Source of the DNA: Campylobacter sp.
GTDB lineage: Bacteria; Campylobacterota; Campylobacteria; Campylobacterales; Campylobacteraceae
DNA length: 64,000 nt
Assembly: GCA_022511325.1 (NCBI GenBank)
Contig: JAFLRU010000001.1
Coordinates: 8-64,007, forward strand
Direction of reading: 5' to 3'
Below the pieces are notes generated by a model. It ran no database searches and had not been told where the DNA came from. It saw only the letters and a list, made by a program, of their open reading frames with translations. A program made the position numbers and the translations under genes. Numbering within the stretch: position 1 is the first letter of the stretch; every line of letters begins with the position of its first letter. Positions 57,447 to 64,000 of the stretch are shown here, in pieces.

Positions 57447-59143
57447 CTTGCCCTTTCTAAAATAAGTTTTCCTTGCTCAAGTCTATAAACTTTATCGCAA
57501 TTTTCAATGGTTGAAAGTCTATGTGCAATGACAATCATCGTTTTATCCTTAGAAAGCTCATAAATTGCATCCATTATCTTAGCTTCTACATTGCTATCAA
57601 GTGCTGAAGTTGCCTCATCTAAAACCAAAATTTCAGGATTTAAAAAAAGAGCTCTTGCTATGGCTATTCTTTGTTTTTGTCCTCCACTTAGATTGCTTCC
57701 TCCATCTCCAACCCTTGTTTGAATGCCTTGTGGTAAGCTTTTGATGAAAGTTTCAAGATGAACTTTTTTAACAAGCTCTTCTAAAAAATCCTCTCTTACT
57801 TCATCTCCAAAAGAAATATTTTTTGCAATGCTATCATTAAAAAGATAAATTTGTTGCGGAATATAGCCAATTTTTTGGCGATAATTTTTTATATTTTTAA
57901 AATTTAGCTCATTTTTATCGATATAAATCTTACCCTCTTTAGGACTTAAAAGCCCGATGATTAAATCCACAAGAGTGCTTTTACCGCTCCCACTTTCGCC
58001 GATAAATGCGACTTTTTCACCCTTTTTAATGTTTAAATTTAAATTCTCGAATAAAGGCTCTTTACCTTCATAAGCAAAGCTTAAATTTTCTAAACGAAGC
58101 TCTTCTTTAAACTCAAGTTTCTCATCTCCTAAATTTTCTTTTTTTTCGTTTAAAATTTTATAAATAATATCCAAGGAAGTTCGGTAATAAAGCAAATCGT
58201 GATAACTTGTAAGTATGCGGTTTGCACTTGGCATCAAACGATAAAGAGCTAAAACAAAAATTGAAATTGTTGCTAAAATGCTTGAAATATCGCTTTTATT
58301 TGAAAATACTAAAAACACGACAATTAATACAAGCACACAAAAACCTATACCCTCTAAATAAATACGTGGCAAAGCTGCAACACTATCACTTGTGATATTT
58401 GCTTTACTAAAAGTCTCACTTTGAGCTTTGAAAAGATTTAAAACACCTTCTTCTTTGGTTTTAAGTTTAATGAATTTAAAATTATTTAAATTCGTGTTTA
58501 AAATTTCAAAAAAATTTTTCATCGCTTCTTCTCTTTTAATTCCGGCTTTTTTGACAATAGGAGCTAAAAATTTTAGCAAAATCAAAGCATTTAAAATCAT
58601 AAAAACACTTAAAAATAAAGTGATTTTATAATCAATTAAAAGCATTAAAGCATAAAGTAACACAAGCACAAAAATTTCACTCATCATCAGTAAAAATGAG
58701 GATAACATTGTGCTAAGATTATAAACTTCTCCTGTAATGCTTTTAAGAATTTCAGATTGATTTTTTTTAGTAAAACTCTCATAGTCTGTGTTCAAAAATG
58801 CCCAAAATACTTTAAGGGCTATATTGTGATATCTGCCTTTAGAAAAACGAGCTAAAAGGTGGAAATAATAAGCATTAAGCAAAGCCCTAAACACATAAAA
58901 AATCACAAGCAAAACCCCAAAATAAATGACAAGTTTATACTCTGGCAAGGCAAAATATTCTTTAAGTTTAATCAATATAGCATTTGTCTCAAAATACGAA
59001 AAATCACTTGCTAAAGCCACAAAAGGCATTATTAAAGAAATTGCGAAACTTTCTATAAAAGAAATAAACACCGAAAATATTAGCAAAGAAAATAAAAATT
59101 TTTTATCCTCTTTACTTAGTATAAAAAAAAGCTTTTTTAACAC
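57443..59143 (-). CDS. pglK: Lipid-linked oligosaccharide ABC flippase PglK
   Basis: TM domain plus [21 protein letters not shown]; probable GTG start at 59143. Confidence 0.95.
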   Translation of the reverse strand: MLKKLFFILSKEDKKFLFSLLIFSVFISFIESFAISLIMPFVALASDFSYFETNAILIKLKEYFALPEYKLVIYFGVLLVIFYVFRALLNAYYFHLLARFSKGRYHNIALKVFWAFLNTDYESFTKKNQSEILKSITGEVYNLSTMLSSFLLMMSEIFVLVLLYALMLLIDYKITLFLSVFMILNALILLKFLAPIVKKAGIKREEAMKNFFEILNTNLNNFKFIKLKTKEEGVLNLFKAQSETFSKANITSDSVAALPRIYLEGIGFCVLVLIVVFLVFSNKSDISSILATISIFVLALYRLMPSANRILTSYHDLLYYRTSLDIIYKILNEKKENLGDEKLEFKEELRLENLSFAYEGKEPLFENLNLNIKKGEKVAFIGESGSGKSTLVDLIIGLLSPKEGKIYIDKNELNFKNIKNYRQKIGYIPQQIYLFNDSIAKNISFGDEVREDFLEELVKKVHLETFIKSLPQGIQTRVGDGGSNLSGGQKQRIAIARALFLNPEILVLDEATSALDSNVEAKIMDAIYELSKDKTMIVIAHRLSTIENCDKVYRLEQGKLILERAR

Positions 59144-60123
59144 TGCTTTTCCCACTCAAAAGCACTTTTGCAAATGAGTTCTAAATCATCAAATTTTGGC
59201 TTCCACGAAGTAAGAGAGCGAATTTTAGACGCATCTGAAATTAAAACACCAGGATCTCCAGCACGACGCGGGGCACTCTCTACTTTAAAATCCACTCCAC
59301 TAACTTTTTTCATCGCTTTAATCACTTCTTTAACACTAAAGCCGTGTCCATAACCGACATTAAAAACACAGCTTGGATTGTTTTCAAGGTATTCTAAAGC
59401 CGCTAAATGAGCACTTGAAATATCATCGACGTGGATAAAATCTCTAATGCAAGTTCCGTCCTTAGTTTCATAATCCTCACCAAAAATAAAGAGCTTATCC
59501 CTTTTACCCGCTGCACATTCAGCCGCTACTTTGATGAGTAGGGTTGCTTTTGGGTATCTTTGTCCAAGTTGATAATCCATACAAGCACCCGCTACATTAA
59601 AATACCTTAAAATGCAATGTTTAAATTCAGGATAAGCCATACTTGCATCTCTTAAAACCTCTTCACTCATCAATTTGCTTTTACCATAAGGATTAATCGG
59701 CATTAAAGGGCTTGTTTCACTCACCACAGGAGTTTTTGGCTCTCCATAAGTTGCAGCTGTGGAAGAGAATATAAATTTATTCACGCCTGTTTCTATGCAA
59801 GTTTGTATAAGATTTGTTGTATTAGCTGTATTATTCATATAATATTTTAAAGGATTTTGCATACTTTCAAACACTTCAATGCTTGCTGCAAAATGCACCA
59901 CTGCATCAAATTTTTGCGTTTTAAAAAGCTCTTTAATGGCTTTAAAATCGCTTAAATCTCTCTCAAAAAACTCAAATTTTCTAATCTTACTTAAATCCTC
60001 AAGGGCAATTTTAGAACCCTTAGAAAGATTATCTAAAACACAAAGTTCGTGTGAGGTTTTTAAAAACTGCCTTAAAGTATGAGAACCTATATAACCAGCA
60101 CCACCAACAATTAAAATTTTCAT
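59137..60123 (-). CDS. galE: UDP-Glc/GlcNAc 4-epimerase (Gne)
   Basis: [31 protein letters not shown]. Confidence 0.96.
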   Translation of the reverse strand: MKILIVGGAGYIGSHTLRQFLKTSHELCVLDNLSKGSKIALEDLSKIRKFEFFERDLSDFKAIKELFKTQKFDAVVHFAASIEVFESMQNPLKYYMNNTANTTNLIQTCIETGVNKFIFSSTAATYGEPKTPVVSETSPLMPINPYGKSKLMSEEVLRDASMAYPEFKHCILRYFNVAGACMDYQLGQRYPKATLLIKVAAECAAGKRDKLFIFGEDYETKDGTCIRDFIHVDDISSAHLAALEYLENNPSCVFNVGYGHGFSVKEVIKAMKKVSGVDFKVESAPRRAGDPGVLISDASKIRSLTSWKPKFDDLELICKSAFEWEKQC

Positions 60124-60142
60124 CGTTTTTCCTTAAAAAATT

Positions 60143-60179
60143 AAAACAATTAAAAATTTATTACAATTTTAATTGTTTT
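60143..60179. repeat. 13-bp inverted repeat between the 31-aa ORF and the gne RBS
   Basis: AAAACAATTAAAA (60143-60155) / TTTTAATTGTTTT (60167-60179) with an 11-nt spacer. Confidence 0.7.
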
Positions 60180-60264
60180 CTTCTGCTTCTAAAGTAGCAG
60201 TATATGCACTATAAGCAATAATGCAAAATCCAAAAATAATGACGCCAAATACGAAATATTCCAT
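60169..60264 (-). CDS. Unannotated 31-aa single-TM small protein
   Basis: MEYFVFGVIIFGFCIIAYSAYTATLEAEENN*; AAGGAGG RBS; ATG directly follows the TGA of the upstream ORF. Confidence 0.7.
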   Translation of the reverse strand: MEYFVFGVIIFGFCIIAYSAYTATLEAEENN

Positions 60265-60504
60265 TCATTCCTCCTTTTTAGTTTCATAAATTTTTTTAAT
60301 AATTTTTCGCATTTTTTTATTGATAAGAAATACTATGATAGCGAAAATTAACAAAAGCAAACAAGATGATATAATCAACCACAATTCGGTTTTGCTATAA
60401 TTTGCTGCCAACCAACTGATGATAGCTAAAAAGGAAGCGACAACTATCCCTAGCCAAAATCTTAGTGATTTTAAATCTTCTTTAAGTCCATCTAATCTCG
60501 ACAT
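60265..60504 (-). CDS. 79-aa two-TM hypothetical membrane protein
   Basis: MSRLDGLKEDLKSLRFWLG... with two hydrophobic helices and a Lys-rich tail; ATG 60504 chosen because the promoter lies at 60528-60536. Confidence 0.8.
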   Translation of the reverse strand: MSRLDGLKEDLKSLRFWLGIVVASFLAIISWLAANYSKTELWLIISSCLLLLIFAIIVFLINKKMRKIIKKIYETKKEE

Positions 60505-60527
60505 TTTCTTTAAATCTCTTTTCAAAA

Positions 60528-60536
60528 ATTATATCA
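60528..60536 (-). promoter_or_regulatory. Extended -10 promoter of the small-protein cassette
   Basis: TGATATAAT ending 23 nt upstream of ATG 60504. Confidence 0.65.
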
Positions 60537-60591
60537 AAAAAATTAATTTGATAAACTAACACTAAAAATTTTAACACTTTTGTTTAAATGT

Positions 60592-61380
60592 TTAAGTTTT
60601 AATTTTTGAAATTTCACTTTCACAAGCTTTAACAAAAACTTCTAAATAGCCACGATGAGCCTTTTTTTCTTTTAAATATTCTTTCATTAAATCCAAAAAA
60701 TCCACATAATCATTTTCATTCAAATTTCCCTTGATAAATTCATATTTTAAAAAAAGCATATAGGTATTAAGCGTATCACTTTCGCAATATTCGTGGATTT
60801 TTTCAAACTCATTTTCATAGTAAAGATTCATCACCAAATCTCCACTCATATCATATTTTCCGGGTAAATCTGCCATCAAACACAAAGTATCAAGCCTCAA
60901 ACCTTTAAAAGCTCCTAAAGATTCAAGTAAATCACAATGCTTAAGCTCACTAAATCTTGTTTTATAATTATTCCATTTATCACTTTGAGTGTCTAAATAA
61001 CTCGCGGCTTTAATATTGTATTTTAAAGCTCTTAGAACAAGGAGTGGCATATCATAATTTTTACCATTAAAACTCACAAGTCTTGGTTTGTGCCTTTCTA
61101 TAAAATCAAAAAAATTGCTAATCATTGTTTTTTCATCTTCTCCTTCGATTTTATTGACTTTAATAAACCTACCAAAATTATCACTTATAACCGCACAAAT
61201 ACTTATAATCTTATGAAAAGGCAAAGCTAAAAACTCACTTCCACTTTTTTCTTTTTCCATTTCTAAAGCCTTTAAACTCACCTCCAAATCACTTCCTTCA
61301 AATTTAAAACACTTGCGTATAAGCTCGCAATCAGGGATACTCTCACAATCAAAAATGCAAATATAACCTTCGTTTTTCAT
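60592..61380 (-). CDS. PolB-type 3'-5' exonuclease family protein (Cj1132c-like)
   Basis: FDCES, SFNGKNYD, HCDL, YCESD (DEDD-type). Confidence 0.88.
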   Translation of the reverse strand: MKNEGYICIFDCESIPDCELIRKCFKFEGSDLEVSLKALEMEKEKSGSEFLALPFHKIISICAVISDNFGRFIKVNKIEGEDEKTMISNFFDFIERHKPRLVSFNGKNYDMPLLVLRALKYNIKAASYLDTQSDKWNNYKTRFSELKHCDLLESLGAFKGLRLDTLCLMADLPGKYDMSGDLVMNLYYENEFEKIHEYCESDTLNTYMLFLKYEFIKGNLNENDYVDFLDLMKEYLKEKKAHRGYLEVFVKACESEISKIKT

Positions 61381-61449
61381 CTTTTAACCTTTTTTTATAA
61401 ATAACTTTGTTAAAATCATAACAAAAATTTTAAAACACTAGGCTAGTTA

Positions 61450-62454
61450 ATGAAAATAGCGATTATTCGTTTGTCTGCTCTTGGAGATATTATCCAAAGT
61501 GCTATGATTTTACAATTTATCAAAGCTAACAAACAAGATGTCGAGCTACACTGGTTTGTTGATGAAAGATTTAAAGATATACTTGAAAATCACCCTTTAA
61601 TCGACCGCCTTTATCCCCTACCTTTAAAAGATAAAAAAATTTATCAAACCCTTAAAATACTTTTTGAAGCTCGAAAAAATAATTACGATTTTGCTCTTGA
61701 TTTGCAAGGACTTATCAAATCAGCTCTGACAAGTCGCATTTTAAGTCGCAATAATTTTGGTTTTGATAAAAACAGCCTTAAAGAAAGCTTCGCTGCAAAT
61801 TTTTATCATCAAAAATTTGCAATGAGTTACAATGAAAATGTATTTGTGCGTTATTTAAGCCTTAGTGCCTTTATGCTAAATACGGAGTTTGAACCCAAAA
61901 ATATTTATTTTAAACACCCTGTGTTTGAAGCGGATAAAAAATTAAGCGAGACTTTGCGTGAAGAATTAAATTTAAGTGAAAAAAACATACTCTTACATCT
62001 TGGTTCAAGCCAAAAAAATAAAATTTATCCTAGAGAAAAGCTGATTAAACTTTGCTCTCTTATACTCCAAGATGAAAAAGTTAAAATTTTTCTTTGTTGG
62101 GGAAACGATTTTGAAAGAAAAATGGCGGAAGATATAGAAAAAACTCATAAAAATATCTTTATGCTTAGAAAAATAAATCTTAAAGAACTTAGCTCCTTAA
62201 CTAAAATAATGGACTTAATCATAGGAAACGATAGTGGTCCTACACATCTAGCTTTTGCGATGAATAAGCCTTCTATTACAATATTTGGAGCAACTCCAAG
62301 CAAAAGAAATGCTTTTGAAACAAGCATAAATAAAACCATTGACGCAGGAAAAAAAATCATAAATGCTAAACATATTAACAAAAAAGACTTTTGCATAACT
62401 CAAATTGATGAAAAAGATATTTTTGCTTTAGTTCAGGACTTACTTTATGCCTAA
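61450..62454 (+). CDS. waaC: Lipopolysaccharide heptosyltransferase I
   Basis: RLSALGDII, DLQGLIKS, GNDSGPTHLA; TGTTAAAAT promoter at 61408-61416. Confidence 0.95.
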   Translation: MKIAIIRLSALGDIIQSAMILQFIKANKQDVELHWFVDERFKDILENHPLIDRLYPLPLKDKKIYQTLKILFEARKNNYDFALDLQGLIKSALTSRILSRNNFGFDKNSLKESFAANFYHQKFAMSYNENVFVRYLSLSAFMLNTEFEPKNIYFKHPVFEADKKLSETLREELNLSEKNILLHLGSSQKNKIYPREKLIKLCSLILQDEKVKIFLCWGNDFERKMAEDIEKTHKNIFMLRKINLKELSSLTKIMDLIIGNDSGPTHLAFAMNKPSITIFGATPSKRNAFETSINKTIDAGKKIINAKHINKKDFCITQIDEKDIFALVQDLLYA

Positions 62455-63328
62455 AAATAAAGATTTGCTCTATCTTTTTCTTTACTACACTCTTAAAATT
62501 CTTATTTTTATCCTGCCAAAATTTGTGCTAAGTTTCCTTGCTTTAATAACTGCTCAAATCACATTTTGGCTAAATTCCAAACACAGAAAAATTATCGATA
62601 TAAATCTCAAGCTTTGTTTTCCGCAAATTGATGCTAAAGAAAGAAAACAAATTGCTTTAAAAATCTATCGTAATTTTGCAAAATTTGGCATTGATTGTAT
62701 AGAAAATCAAAATACCACTAAAGAAAAAATTCTTCAAAAAGTGCATTTTGATGATGAGGAGCTTTTAAGTGAGGCTGTTAATTCCGAAAGAAGTCTTATA
62801 CTTACAACAGCTCATTATGGAAACTGGGAGCTTTGTGCTTTAGCTTACGCAGCAAGATTTGGAGCAATGTCAATCGTAGGTAGAGCCCTTGATAGCGAGG
62901 CAATGGATAAAATTTTAAGCCAAAACCGCACACAACTTGATATAGAGCTTATTGATAAAAAAGGTGGTTTAAAAAAGATGATTAAAGCTCTTAAAGATAA
63001 AAGAACTCTAGGGATTTTAACCGACCAAGATGCAAATGATAGTGAGAGTATGAGAGTGAAATTTTTTGATAAAGAAGTGAATTTTTTAGTCGGTGCAAGC
63101 GTGATTGCCAAAAAAATGGACGCTTTACTTTTGAGTGCTTTTATTTATCAAAAAGAGGGAAAATATCATATTAAATGCTTTGAAATTCAGGACGCAAAGC
63201 TTAAAAGCATTGAAGAACTTACATTTTATCAAGCAAAATCTTGTGAAGAAATGATAAAATTTAAGCCTGATGAATATTTTTTCTTTCATAAAAGATTTAA
63301 GAGTTTTGACAAGAAGCTTTATGAATGA
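62447..63328 (+). CDS. htrB: Lipid A acyltransferase (LpxL family)
   Basis: AHYGNWE, LTDQD, YFFFHKRFK. Confidence 0.93.
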   Translation: MPKNKDLLYLFLYYTLKILIFILPKFVLSFLALITAQITFWLNSKHRKIIDINLKLCFPQIDAKERKQIALKIYRNFAKFGIDCIENQNTTKEKILQKVHFDDEELLSEAVNSERSLILTTAHYGNWELCALAYAARFGAMSIVGRALDSEAMDKILSQNRTQLDIELIDKKGGLKKMIKALKDKRTLGILTDQDANDSESMRVKFFDKEVNFLVGASVIAKKMDALLLSAFIYQKEGKYHIKCFEIQDAKLKSIEELTFYQAKSCEEMIKFKPDEYFFFHKRFKSFDKKLYE

Positions 63329-63420
63329 TTTGAAAGTTAGAATTTTAACTTGAAATTCACCCTCGCAAGTTTTCAAACATTTTAAATCATTAAAGCAAAA
63401 GTAAGCATAGTGTCAATTTA

Positions 63421-63594
63421 TTAAGTCTTTAATTGCTTTCTTTTTTTACAAAAGTATACAAAACGCCAAAAAGTAAAATAAAGTATGTAAGATATATAGA
63501 AAAATATTATTTTTTCATAGTTTATATAAGTGTATCCAAAAATTCTAAAAATAGCAGGAGGAAAAGCTATAACAACACTTAAATTAATAAAATA
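63421..63594 (-). pseudogene. Possible start-less remnant of a small membrane protein gene
   Basis: 57 open codons YFINLSVVIAFPPAIFRIFG...WRFVYFCKKRKQLKT*; no ATG, GTG or TTG in frame. Confidence 0.25.
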
Positions 63595-63596
63595 TA

Positions 63597-64000
63597 TTAT
63601 TCTTTTTCCACTCTACTCTTAACCTCATCTTCAACCTCAAGCAAAAATCTATCCACGAGTTCATCTTCTTTAAGCTTTGCCACAACTTCTCCGTGTCTTA
63701 TAACTAAACCTTGATTTTTCCCAAAAGCTATAGCAACATCTGCACCCTTTGCTTCGCCGAGTGCATTTACAACACAACCCATAACACTGATATTTAAAGG
63801 CTCTTTAATGTGTTTGGTTTTTTCTTCAACAATCTTAATGGCTTTAAGCAAATCGCTTTGAATTCTTCCACAAGTAGGACAAGAGATAATATTTACTCCA
63901 CTCTTTTGCACTCCACTATCTTGTAAAATAGCTCTTGCAACGCGAATTTCTTCTTCAAGTTCTCCTGTCATAGAAACTCTCATTGTATCGCCTATACCTT
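63597..64000 (-). CDS. ispG: (E)-4-hydroxy-3-methylbut-2-enyl-diphosphate synthase, 3' part (runs off the window)
   Basis: [27 protein letters not shown]; frame open to the window edge. Confidence 0.96.
   Translation of the reverse strand, partial: GIGDTMRVSMTGELEEEIRVARAILQDSGVQKSGVNIISCPTCGRIQSDLLKAIKIVEEKTKHIKEPLNISVMGCVVNALGEAKGADVAIAFGKNQGLVIRHGEVVAKLKEDELVDRFLLEVEDEVKSRVEKE

Noticed and set aside
60505-60525. ORF-track TTG start giving an 86-aa protein
   Set aside because: It lies only 2 nt from the -10 box, so ATG 60504 is the plausible start

Overview
AT-rich chromosomal window from a Campylobacter species. Proteins closely resemble those of C. jejuni but the gene order is rearranged, so it is probably not C. 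jejuni. It is almost all core genome: recN-nadK; aspS-adk-ppa-msrA; ilvC-polysaccharide deacetylase-dprA-ruvX-RsmB/F methyltransferase; rnr-holA; the hydrogenase maturation cluster hypFBCDEA; MATE, lpxD, ilvIH, dnaB, metK; pyrB to clpSA-aat; msrB, pssA, ftsH, prmA, cheY; the pgl N-glycosylation locus (gne-pglKHIJBACDEF, without pglG); waaC-htrB; and the 3' end of ispG. I saw no rRNA, tRNA, IS element, prophage or CRISPR array. The most unusual items are: (1) an unannotated two-gene cassette of small membrane proteins (79 aa and 31 aa) with its own promoter, inserted at the head of the pgl operon; (2) a PglB with an insertion of about 80 aa carrying two extra TM segments; (3) a periplasmic stalk with 9 PglB sequons built from repeats; (4) an MsrA with a Sec signal peptide; (5) a perfect 24-bp palindrome and DnaA-box-like motifs in a long convergent intergenic region; (6) an LOS locus that breaks off after htrB. 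Comparisons to C. jejuni and E. coli are from memory and were not computed.
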